NCBI GenBank assembly: GCA_030390025.1
Contig: CM059432.1
Span: 19,408,001-19,472,000 of the forward strand
Reading direction: 5' to 3'
DNA length: 64,000 nucleotides
Origin: Squalus acanthias
Taxonomy: Eukaryota
Part shown: one piece after another, positions 49,861 through 61,809 of the stretch
How the letters are laid out: the number at the start of each line of letters is the position of its first letter
How positions within the stretch are numbered: position 1 is the stretch's first letter
Program-made: the position numbers and the translations under genes
The notes under the pieces: model-generated
What the model saw: only the letters and a program-made list of their open reading frames with translations
The model's database searches: none
Told to the model about the DNA's origin: nothing

Positions 49861-50789
49861 CTTTCTGTTAAATTTAAGTTGCAGCGCCGATGATGTCATC
49901 AGGCCGCAATTTGGTATGTTAATTAGGCCCCTGTCTACCTTTTGCAGGAGCCTTACCCTTGGCCTGGATTCTGCACTTTAAAATTTAAAGGGGTGGGAAT
50001 GAAGTTGGGTTGCCCGATCCTGATATTTTAACCCTCCCTCCAGACCCTCTCCCGCCTGTTGGGATGGGGGTAAAATTGAGGCCTAAGTGTTTGTCTGCAA
50101 TATCACCAGGGGTCATTTCTAGGCTTATATGTGGGTTAATACGTGTCATATATAATGATAGATTGAGCAGTGGAATGACCCCGATGTAATGTTTTAAAAA
50201 CATTCTCAAGTGCTGAACATTGAGTCAGACGGTTGCCATGGAAATACGACACATCCAGCTTTGGGATATGTGTTCCTCTTGGCCAGTGAGGTTTTTCTAA
50301 CATCATAAAATGGCCCTTCTGGTTGACCAGGACTGAAGAAATTACTCATAATGCAAAGCAGAGCAGGTAATTGTACCAGTCCTGCATTGTCCACTGAATC
50401 ATACTGCCTGTGAAAGTGAAATGCCACATTCAGACACTGCTGACAGTCTGGTTACTCTTGGCGACAGTGAAATGTGTCATTTCAGTGCAATATTATCCTT
50501 GGCTACATGTACTCATGAGTTAAAATTAAAAAGACAACATGTTCCTCTCTCATTCCTCCTGTCATTCTGCAGTACTATAGGACTATTTATCTATTCTACT
50601 GAAATTCACTCTTATTTTACTGATTCATCGAGTTGTTAGGGTTTAATGGAATAGGGTCTTTCTTTTCAGTCTTTTCTTTTTTCAGTTTTCTCCATTGTTC
50701 ACCTGAAGGTGCTATTTATTTGCTGGAGTATGATGCTATAGGTTACAACAGCCTTCCAGTACCTCACCTACATTTCTAAAAATATGTCC

Positions 50790-51120
50790 ACAGGATGTGG
50801 GCGATATTGGCTAGGCCGCATTTTTGGTATTCCCTAGTTACCTTGAGATGGTGTTGGTGGGCCTTCTCCTTTAACCGCTGTAATCAGCGTAGTAATGGCA
50901 CTTCCACAATGGCATTAGGTATGGAACTCTGAGATATTGCCCCAGAATAACAAAGGAATGACAATGTATGTGTGGTGTGTGATTGGGAGGTGAACCTGGA
51001 AGTGATGGTGCTCCCAGATCATTTCTACCCTAGTCCTTCTCACCGGTGCAGGTCTGGGAGGCGTTGTTGAAGTAACCTTGGTGAGTTGCTGCAGTGCGTC
51101 CCATAGATCATACATACAGT
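50790..51120 (-). mobile_element. Old 3' fragment of the second LINE family
   Basis: Diverged match to 19470-19810. Confidence 0.6.
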
Positions 51121-51965
51121 TCACTCGGGATGGATGTGCCGCTCTTTGTTCACAATGACTCCCAGTAGGCTACATGTTCACAGAGGACATCACGACAGGG
51201 TCAAATCCTGGCCTCGCCCGACCTTCATACATGGGAAATCTGCAGGAGCCATTAGATAGTGATTAGGAGAAGGAAGCCTTCCTGCTTTTTCTCCGTTCTA
51301 GACCAGGGACACCGATCCACATTGTGACACTTGAACTGCTGAGCCAGCTAAGATCAACTAATTCACTACTGGCTGGGAATGGATCCTGGTACCTCCATGG
51401 TTAGTAACACTCTGGGCAGTGGAATTACATCAAGGAGGCTACAAAGAGATAAATTTCCCTCTTTAATATCCTCCCTTCTGCTCCTCTCCGAAAGGTGTTG
51501 ACTTTTTTACTGAAATATAACGATGGTCACCGTTATTCGTGTATGAGCTTTGTCAGCGGGCCATCTGACTCTAACTGACAGCACAAGCGAACGCAAACCT
51601 GTTCTCGCTCATTCTTCACCCTTGTGCAATTCAGCCAAGGGTTGTTGTATAGCAACCCACAATGGGAAATCCCGGCCAGTTTGTCCTTCCCTAACCCCGG
51701 GGCCACTGAGACCAATTATGTGGCCAACCTGCATAGAAATGAAGTTCTGGTCATTAAGATATTGCTCTAACACTGTATAAGAAAGACTAGAGGAACACTG
51801 TGCTACAGCTGAATTATACATTCAAAGTAAAATCACTGCTAGCGCACCAATTCTAAATCGTACAATTTAAGTGTATTGCTTGTGAATTAATCAATTTACT
51901 GGTAAAAAATATTGCCAATATTTTACTGTATATGTGTTGAGAAAGTGTATCCTTTAGAAATCTGT

Positions 51966-52703
51966 GGCCTAGAAATTCGAGCACGCCCAGAAATGGCCTA
52001 ATAGGCATCACCAGGCAGCTCGCTGACGAAGAGGAATTGAAGATCGGGGCCACTGGAATGCCAGCGCCGGCCCTCAGGTAAAGAGGACCGGAAAGGGAGG
52101 GTGATCGGAAAGTAGCGGCAACCTGGTCGAGAGAGAGGGCGATCAGATTGGGATGGTTGTGGTGGCCGGGAGGGCGTGGTCAGCGATGATTGGAATAGTT
52201 GGGTAGCAGCAGCGATCGAGGGGGGAGGTCAAGATCGTGATGGAGGGGGGAGGTGCATTGGCCGGCAGCAGCCTGTGTGGCTTGAACCCTGTGGGGTTTG
52301 GAGGACACTCCTGCTCCTCCCGGCTCCACATTCAGTATATTTTAAACACTTACCTTGTTGGTTGCAGCCTGCAGCGATCCCTTTAAGGACTGACTACCTG
52401 TTAGGCCTCATGTTGGCCTGGTTTTCTTTGAACGCAGTCGGCCTGGTGCCAGCTGCATTTAGAGCAAACCAATATTGCAGAGGGGGGCTTCAAACATCGT
52501 TGTGCCCCTTATTTGAATATGCAAACGGCCTAAGCGCCTGTTTCAACCGTGGGCCCTGGATGCCACTTTTTGTGACGACACAAATATGGCGGGCTGTGTA
52601 CTTCTGGCTCGTAAGGAGTGGGCGCTCCTTCCCCGCCATATTGGAGGCGTAGTGGCCTTTTAGCGCCCAAAATACAGTGGCTGCGTGGTCAAATTTCTAG
52701 GCC
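51966..52703. mobile_element. Harbinger-type MITE
   Basis: Perfect 12-bp TIR GGCCTAGAAATT / AATTTCTAGGCC. Homologous to 1685-4054. TSD not preserved. Confidence 0.75.
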
Positions 52704-52719
52704 TTCTTTTTAATGCTAT

Positions 52720-53559
52720 GGGCTGGATTTTGAAGTTGGAGTCGGGTTGGGGTCAGGAATCACACATTCTGGCTTGTGAACCCGCCTCCATCGAGATGTG
52801 GCCAACCCACTGTATTTTCCCTTGATTGACCTTGTTGAGCCCGCCCAGCGAGCTCAGCAGGCCAATTAAGGGCCACCCGGCAACAGGTGACGTCACAGAC
52901 TGACATTTCATCTGTCAAGAGCTTTTGACAGATGAAATATCAGCGTTTGACAGCTCTGTGAAGCTGTCAAAAATTCACAATATGATTTCTAACTTCAGTC
53001 CTTCCTCTCAGGCTGAGTTAGAAATCATTCCAGCACAGAAAACAGAAGGCTGCAGGTTTTGACAGAACCACGGCTTTCCTGCTTTCTGTGCCGGTGAGAT
53101 TTCTAACTCCCGAGAACTGAAGGGCTGACACCTGCAGGAGGAAGTTAAGGTAAGTAAAACTTTTTCCAACACTTAGCACTTACCATACACACTTACCTCT
53201 GCACACATGCACCCATCACTCACCTGCCCACCGGACATATCGACCCCGCCAACCCCTGCAGACCCACGGTCTGACCCGATAACTTGGAGTGGTTGCCACC
53301 TGTCGGGAAGCCCACAGTTTTCTTTTTAAAATAGGGATTATGTAAAAAACTGCTTGTTAACTACCTGTTAGCAGGCAGTTAATTGTCACTAATCCCTTCC
53401 CGCCTCGGGGAGTCGGGTCTCAGAACAGGTCGGGTACCCGCCGCCAGAGAAACTGGCATGGAGGCGGGTTGGAGTCGGGATGGGGTCGGGACCCCCGAAT
53501 CTGCAACTTTAACCCCCCCACCCGCCTCCAAACCCGACTCCACGGGTCATTGAAAACCC
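52720..53559. mobile_element. MITE of the GGGCTGGATTTT family with an internal hairpin array
   Basis: Left end GGGCTGGATTTT. Right subterminus nearly identical to 32340-32425. Confidence 0.72.
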
Positions 53560-54302
53560 ATGTCTGTAATCACATACAGAGAGAACCAATATAGCGAACT
53601 GCTTCCTATGTTAAAAAGCAAACCTTCTTGCAAGAGTTTAAGGCAGCTGCTCCACACTTCTTTATTAACATCCGGCTCCCTCCACCATGGCAAGTCAATG
53701 CTTCTTCTGCTCTGTGGCACAATGTTCCCCTGGCAACAGCCACTGCCACTGCAACCAGTGGATCCCGAGCTGGGACGCACAGGATATCACACTGCAATCT
53801 TTGGACTTGCACAAGTAGGTACCAAATGAAAACAGATTTTACTCTTACAATAATCACTTATTCAAAACAGTAAATTGATCATTATTGAAACAGACATAAC
53901 ATACGCAGAAATTATTTTACACGTGAACAACTGTGTAACTCATTCACGACTTCGGTCCTCAAGGTTATATCTACTCATGAAATATTCCCACAGAGATATG
54001 CACCATTTGGTTTCATAGATGCCTTTCAGGGGAAGCTAGGGAGGGAGAAAGGAATAGAAGGATTTGCAGATAGGGTTAGATGAAGTAGGGTGGGAGGAGG
54101 CTGGTGTGGAGCATAAACACTGGCGTAGACCAGTTGGGCCGAATGGCCTGATTCTGTGCTGTAAATTCTATGCAATTCTATTTAAGATACTCAGATACAG
54201 AAATTACAACAGAGTTACTGTGGCTCAGACCTAGTTTCTTCAAGGGTTACACTAGTTGCCATGACAGCTGAGCAACAAGCCTTCACAGTTCAAAATGGAC
54301 CA

Positions 54303-56278
54303 GGAACATAGGAACAGGAGTAGGCCATTCAGCCCCTCGATCCTGTTCCGCCATTCAATGAGATCATGGCTGATCTGTATCCTCACTCCATTACCCGCCT
54401 TGGTTTCGTAACACTTAATACCCTTGCCTAGCAAAAATCTAACAAGCACAGTTTTGAAATTTTCAATCGACCTAGCCTCAACAGCTTATTGTGGCAGAGA
54501 GTTCCAGATTTCCACTACCTTTGGTGTGAAGAAGTGATTTCAGACATCACCCGTGAACAGCCTAGCTCTAATTATAAGTGCCCCCTTGTGGTGGACTCAC
54601 CCACCAGAGGAAATAGTTTCTCTCTATCTACCCTATCAAATCCTTTAATCATCTTAAACACTTTAATTAGATTACCCATTAATCTTCTCTATTCAAGGGA
54701 ATACAAGTCTAGTCTATGCAACCAGTCCTCATAATTTAACCATTTTAGCCCCAGTATCATTCTGGTGAATCTGCGCTGCACCCTCTTCAAAGCCAATATA
54801 TCCTTCCTGAGGTGCGGTGCCCAGAACTGAATGCAGTGCTCCAGATGGGGGCTAACCAGAGCTCTGTCCAGCTTTAACATAACTTTCATCCCTTTGTATT
54901 CCAGCCCTCCTAAGATAAAGGCCAACATTCCATTAGCCTTTTAATTTATATCATAGCTTTTAGTGATTTCTCTATTTGGATCCCTAAATCTCACTGCTCA
55001 TTCCCAGTTCCTAACTTCTCACCATTTAGAAAATACTCTGATCCATGTTTCTTGGGGCCAAATTTGATGACCTCACACTTTCCCACATTGAGCACCATCT
55101 ACCACAGTTTTGCCCACTCACTGGACGGATTCTTACCTGGAAGGCCGAGTTCGAGACGGGACTGCTGGTTTTCGGGTTCTAGTCCCGCCCCCAGTGGCGT
55201 CTGACGAGCTGACACTATTTTCCCCTGATAGGCCTTGTTAAGCCTGCCCTGCGGGCTTGCCGGCCAATTAAGGGAAAGCCGGTGTCAGATGACATCAGTT
55301 GATGACGCTTCATCTGCCGGTTTTCTTAAAGGCATATGCACCACACTTGTTTGACAGTGTTTGACAGCATTGAGGTGCTGTCAAACACTGATAATCACTG
55401 TCCAAAGGTGAGCCCTTGCACCCAGGCGCTCCAGTTACTCTCTCCTTAGGATAAAACAGATGGCAGCTGCAGCTGAGATTGCAGAAGCCTTCTGTCACTT
55501 CTCCCGATGAGATGAGGCTACACAAACACTTCACAGCTTGTCACCTGCAGAAACATCTAACCACATTAAAAATTACTTTCATAACTTTTCCTTACCTCTG
55601 ATACTCACCAGTGTCCCATTGAATCCTTTAAACCACTTCTGCAGCTGTCATCAATACACAAAAATTACAGTAGACCCACATCACGCCTCACTTACCCTGG
55701 CGGGGTTCCCTGATGTCGGGAAGCTCGCAGCAGCAGTCGAAAAATTGGAAAAAGCCTCTTAACTGCCTATTAACTAGCTGTTAACAAGCAGTTAAGTGAC
55801 TGTAAACTTCTTCCCGCCTCCAGGAGTCGGGACCCTGCGCAAATCGGGGACCCTACTCCCGGGAAGATTGGTTGGAAGCAGGTTGGGAGCAGCTTTGGGA
55901 CCTGCTCCCATTTTGGGGGATTTTCCCAGCAGTCCCGCCTCCAAACCCGCCTCCTCAGGGCTGGTAAAATCCAGCCCACTTAGTCTATCAATGTTCCTTT
56001 GCTGTGAAAAGCTGTGGCCCCAGTACAGATCCCTGCAGGACACCATTAGTCACATCCTGACAATTTGAGTACATGCCCATCATCCCTACTCTCTGTCTCC
56101 TACTTCCTAACCAATTCCCTATCCAAGCCAATAGGTTGCCTCCAATTCCATGTGCTCTCATTTTTGTTAACAATCTCTTGTGTGGAACCTTGTTGAATGC
56201 CTTCTGGAAGTCCATATAAATAACATCCATAGACACTCCCTTAATGACCACGTTATTTACCTCCTCAAAAACTTCAAC
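54303..56278 (-). mobile_element. CR1 LINE fragment interrupted by a MITE
   Basis: YMDFQKAFNKVPH, VLQGSVLGP and HCIQFWAPH peptides plus a CR1 tail. Confidence 0.85.
55123..55977. mobile_element. MITE of the GGGCTGGATTTT family
   Basis: Ends GGACGGATTCTTACC / GGTAAAATCCAGCCC with TSD ACT. Removal restores the CR1 sequence GCCCACTCACTTAGTCTATC (compare 11694-11715). Confidence 0.82.
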
Positions 56279-57329
56279 TAGTTAAAAATAAGTCTTACTG
56301 CATTACATGTAGCAGTTGTACACCAAAGATTGCAGTCTGATGACAAATTTTTACCCTGCTCAAGAATTTGGAACCGAAGTTACAGGTGTTCCTCCAATGG
56401 CATAGTAGGTAAATGCACTGTCCAGTGTAGACTTGGGCCATATGCAGAAGAACACCAGATTGAATCCTGGGCAGTGCTGATCTTAGCCAGGGTGCCTCAG
56501 CATAGAATCATACAGCACAGAAGGAGGCCATTTGGCCCATCGTGCCTGTGCTGGCTCTTTGAAAGAGCTATCCGATTAATCCCACTCACCTGACTAGGGA
56601 GCATGTCTGGGCTAGGGAGGGAAAAAACGAGCTAGGTTTCCCACTCATGATTGCTAATTGTGACAAGAAAACGCATGTCTGTGAACCTCAGATGAAGACA
56701 GATTTGGGAGAGTAGGGGAGAAAAGAGGGAAAAAAGAACCTTAAGTTGGCACTTCACATTCATAATAGCCAAGGCTAGGAGATGAACCATCAGGGAAAGT
56801 CCACAAACCACTGCCTCTTAGACGACCTGAGAAACTTCCCTTCAAATTGTACTTTCTTAGAAATATACAGTGAGCCAATGTTTGTGCTTGAGTGTGTGTC
56901 TAAGGGGGAAAAGAAATAACTAAAGCAGGATGGTACTAGCTTTGAGTTTGGGGACAGGCTCTGACTTTATCCTCCCCCACTCTCTACACCCTTCGTCCCA
57001 CTGATTCTGATCACCATGTGCTCAAGGACTTCAAATTTTGGCACCCTCCTCGCATTCTGGTCTGCTTTCTTATGTTATGAGCCACTCTGTCCTGCAAGGA
57101 GAGAAGTAGTCTTTAGACACTGGAAGAACAAAGACAATGATGCTTAAATGCCCATGCTGCATTCTAGCATTTGTGAGAATAAATGAACATGCATCATGGT
57201 TTGGTTGGAAGAACTGTTTGGCCTAGAAATTCATTCACATGTCCTGCTGGCACAAACTGGGCATAGGGAGAGATCCACCATGTGCCTGAATCCGTTCCCC
57301 TCACTGGCTGCTCACTCAGGCTGATCTCA

Positions 57330-58175
57330 ACAGTGTGCAACCTCTGTGCCCTGTTTGATCCTGAACTGAGCTTCGATCCCCACCTTGTAACCACTATCAA
57401 AGACTTTCTAATTCTACCTCTATGACATCACCCACTCCACCCCCACCTTACACCCACTGCCACTGAAACCACATTCACAACTTCATCATCTCCAGGCTCG
57501 ACTTATTCCAAAGCTCTTCTTATTGTGCTCCCAAGATCCAACCTACATTAATTGCAACTTATATAAAACTCTGCTGCCTTCACCCTATCCAACAGTAAGT
57601 CTTGCTTCCTTATCACACCTGTCGTTGCCAATCTCTATTGGGAATCTTGCCCCGATGAATTCTCAAACCATTTTCTTCATCTATGAGTCCCACCATGGCC
57701 TCTCCCCTTGCTATTTCTGCAAATTCCTCAAGCCAAGGAACATGCAAGCACTGTTTCAACTCCAGCTTATTCTCTCTGCTCCACCTTCAGTGACAGACCC
57801 TTCAGTGGTCTTGGTCCCACATTTTTGGAATGCTCTCCTTAAACCCATTTGCTTTGCTGCACCTCTCTGCCTCAAAAGCAACGTCAAACCCTACCATTTG
57901 ACTCTGCTCCCTGTCACCTTCTCTAACTTTTCACCACGACTCGATATTCATCTTCAGCCCTGTGAAGTGATTTTAGAAGCATCACAAAAACAGATTATCT
58001 GGTCATTATCTCATTGCTGTTTGTGGGACCTGGCTGTGTGCAAATTGGCTGCCGTGTTCCCTACATCACAACAGTGGTTACACTTCAAAAGTACTTCCTT
58101 GGCTGTAAAGCACTTTGGGACGTCCTGAGGTTGTGAAAGGCGCTATATAAACGCAAGTCTTTCTTTTTTCTTTTT
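57330..58175 (+). mobile_element. Old L2 fragment followed by a SacSINE1-like 3' half (~57985-58175)
   Basis: Diverged match to the reverse complement of 36950-37450. The last 190 bp match the reverse complement of 18150-18325. Confidence 0.62.
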
Positions 58176-59519
58176 GATCATATAGCAGTACTGCACTATT
58201 ACTGAACTAGGTCTGAAGTACATATCAATAACAGATGATGAGGAAACAGTGCATTAAAATCTCTTCCATGTGCAATGTGCTTAAATCTTTAACTGTCTTA
58301 CTGCTCAGCAAGTCCACTCGAAAGATATCTTGAATGTAAATTATTTGTTTTGCAACAGATCTTCAACACTGGTTAAGGATAGGTTTCAACTGTGATATTT
58401 TAATCCAGACATTAAACTACTGATAATAGTTACAGTGGCTCTCAAACATGTAAAATCCTTAATTTTCCATTCTACAGAAAACCACAGGCCTGCACCAAAC
58501 ACCAACTTAAATTCTACCCTTGCTGCACGTTACAGGTTCAGAGATATACTTTCACCCACCTGTCAATTGACCTTCAAATGGATGTCTCCTTAAAGCAGAC
58601 TATTACTGAATTTGCTACTTTAGTGACAAGCATTCCAGACATCACAATAGAAGCTTGGTGGGCTGGGATCATAAGAAGGACAGAGCTTGAATAGATGTCT
58701 AAATTAAAGCTGAAATAAGTAAGTTTAAAAAAAAATTACTGTCTCATTATAACTGTCCCGAAATAATAAGTGACCCTTTGTAATGGTGTTTTATCTATAG
58801 AGACCTTGAATGCTTGCATCTTCCCATTGTTTATGTCTTATTAAATAAAGCCGCATTCCACCCAAGTAGAACAGTTCACTAAACAGAGGCTATTAGGATT
58901 TAGCCTCCTTGAAGATCAGATAGCATGGAACGATTATTCAGAATGTCAGATGGGATTTATAAATTATGTATGCAATTCACTCACAAAACCATTATCAAAC
59001 AAAGCTTCTTAGAGTGGCAAATACACACTGGGAGAGATTGAGTACACTGAAGGATTAGCAGGTTTAGCAACAATGTTTTTTTTAATCAAATTTTTTTTTA
59101 CACTGGCTATAATTTATACTTTTGGAAAACAAGATGTTAGTCTCCTCATTGTTTGTACAATTAAGCAGCAACAAATTAAAATGATGCCTCATCATCTCCA
59201 CTATTCTTTCCATGATTTCAGGAAATGTGTTTGTCAGGGATACCACTGGAAACTAAGACAAACTCAATATACCTGTAAAAATGCTCATTTCTCACTTCTC
59301 TAATTGATTAACAGCCACTTAACTGGTATAAGCAATGCCAAAGGTAATTGATTTTGTACGGAATAACCTATTTGGTGCTGCACAAGAACAACAACCCTGA
59401 CAATGTGGAGAAATTGCATTGCAAAATGTCAAAGACCAGTCTCCACGTGGCATAGAACGGGAAGGCGGTCCTGAACTGGAAGAAGCATAACGGTATCACA
59501 TTAAGCTAGCTTCAGAAGT

Positions 59520-60210
59520 CAGACATGGAGAGGATGGGGGGTGGCAATATAAACTAAACGGTACAATTTTAAAGGGGGTGCAGGAACAGAGAGATCTGGG
59601 GGTGTATGTACACAAATCTTTGAAGGTGCAGGACACGTTGAGAAGGTTGTTAAAAAAGCGCATGGGATCCTTGGCTTTATAAATAGAGGCATAGAGGACA
59701 AAAGCAAGGAAGTTATGCTAAAAGTTTATAAAACGCCGGTTAGGCCTCAGCTGGGGTATTGTGTCAATTCTGGGCACTGCACTTTAGAAAGGATGTCAAG
59801 GCCTTAGAGAGTGTGCAGAGGAGATTTACTAGAATGGTGCCAGAGATGAGGGACTTCAGTTGTGTGGACAGACCAGAGAAGCTGAGATTGTTCTCCTTAG
59901 AGCAGAGAAGATTAAGAGGAGATTTGATAGAGGTGTTTAAAATCATGAATGGTTTTGACAGAGTAAGTAAGGAGAAACTGTTTCCAGTGGCAGAAGGGTC
60001 AGTAACCAGAGGACACAGATTTAAGGTGATTGGCAAAAGAACCAGAGGCGACATGAGGGAAAAAAAATTATGCACAGACTTGTTGTGATTTGGAATGCAC
60101 TGCCTGAAAGGGTGGTGGAAGTAGATTCGATAATAACTTCAAAAGGGAATTGGATAAATATTTGAAGGGAAAAATGTACAGGACTATGCTGTATCATTCT
60201 CTGATTCTAT
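59520..60210 (+). mobile_element. CR1 3' fragment
   Basis: QFWALHFRKDVKALESVQRRF..GDLIEVFKIM, ending in an ATTCTATGAT tail. Confidence 0.85.
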
Positions 60211-60859
60211 GATATGGAAAGGAAATGCATTTTTTTAAATTAATGTACAGTTGATACAGAATCTTTAGAAAAATATGTGTTTTTGCAATTTCTCTGGACA
60301 ATAGCCAACAATTTGCATAAGCTATCTATGTACCCATGTATAGAAAAGATGCTGTTACAACTCATCATTTTGTCCCAAAGTCTTTGTGTGGAAAAGTACT
60401 GTGAATGAATACACAATTGAAACAGATCTTTTAAAATGGCGAAGATGGTATAAGTGGAGCAAACTTAAACGGATTTGCTTTTTCACTGAGAACAAGAAAA
60501 ATAGATTAGGCTTCCCCAAAAATACCATTAGCTTTCTTTACAGATGAAGGAGAGCCAGCACATCCCAGAGTTCAGCTACTCACCATAGCAACACTCATCG
60601 CCCTCTCTGACGCCAAGCACCAGCTCAGACACTGGCAGTCCAGAATTCTCAGTTAGTTCTGTAGAGGAGGAATCACCAGGTGAAGGATCAGGTGTTCACG
60701 AGAAAGACATCCCACTGCAAGTTTGGAAGGTGTATCAGAATCTGAGAGGAGGCCCAGCCTGCTGCGTGCCACTCCTCAGCTATGTATAGATGCAGACGTC
60801 ATGGACCCAGTTTTTAATCAGAGGATACCGTAACATGTGCCGGCTGTTGAGGAGTCACT

Positions 60860-61753
60860 GGGGGAAAAATTCAGTCGCGCCCCATTTGGGGCGCAAATAT
60901 CGTCCGGGCGCAAAGATTAGTGCCTGGCGCTAATTATCGCCACTGACTGGAAACTTCACTTTTAACGCCCCGGGAGGTGATTGGAGTGCTAAATCAGGCG
61001 CTGCACACCTGTCTTAAGGCGCAAAGGCCGAGGAGTGAGGCGCTAACTCAGAGCGCTGGCGAAGCTCATGTAATGTCAGCCAGCAATGGAACACACACAC
61101 AATGGCACGGGCCAGTTCTTAAAGGGGATGGTTGATCTTGCTTTCCATTCACATCCTGCTAATTGCAGCCTTGAATCTCGGCCTGGAGAGACCTGCATAT
61201 CAAATCTGCTGGAAAGAACAATGGAGAGTACCAGGCAAAGAGCTCAGAGTGCAGCCCCCACAGTCTCTTCTAAATCGATACAAGGAATGGCAAATCAAAA
61301 TGAACCTGCAAAGTGCTGCTAAGTAGCCAAAACTCCTTCACACAACGTTGAATCTCTCCAGAAGTCTCTCTCACTCTCTCTCAGAATGCGTAGTTTAAAA
61401 ATGGCACCAACAATAAAAGGCAGGAAGCGGTCACCTTTAAATAGCGCTCCCCCTTTCCCTTCATGACAGAAGAACGCTCCTATCAACCTGTCATTGCTAG
61501 CGTCAGGCGGTAAGGCAGGGGGCGCCACTCAATATCCGCTCCGGGGCGATACCGGGGCGTTGCACACTCGTCTGACGTCACGATCTGCCGGCGCAGGAGA
61601 TCATGGCGGTAGTGTTTAGCGCCGCCGCAAAATGTCTAGTTAATTTCGTGAGCGGCGCAAACTTCGCCGCGCCCGGGCATTATGCTGCTTTGCGTCCCAT
61701 TAGCGCCCTCTTAAGGCGCTAACGGGAGGCGCAACCAACTGAATTTTTCCCCC
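60860..61753. mobile_element. Non-autonomous internal-deletion derivative of the 13688-17902 Harbinger family (894 bp)
   Basis: Perfect 16-bp TIR GGGGGAAAAATTCAGT and TSD ACT. Left part aligns with 13688-14071 and right part with 17376-17902. Confidence 0.92.
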
Positions 61754-61809
61754 ACTAGGTTTTATACTAACAATGTTGGATGATGATCTTTGTGGCTTGG
61801 TGCTTACGG

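Larger units (their letters stand above)
47922..50083. mobile_element. Harbinger-type MITE hosting nested insertions
   Basis: Ends GGCCCTGATATTTACC / GGTAAAATTGAGGCC with TSD TAA (47919-47921, 50084-50086). Confidence 0.68.

Noticed and set aside
50231..50245. RFX X-box-like GTTGCCATGGAAAT
   Set aside because: A single imperfect motif with no supporting context.
53547..53873. Possible host exon (several overlapping open frames)
   Set aside because: No recognisable peptide and no convincing splice-site pair. The same applies to 4197-4424, 18803-19171 and 38281-38543.
57523..58128. 201-aa ORF
   Set aside because: It runs across a decayed L2 and a SINE tail and has no coherent domain.
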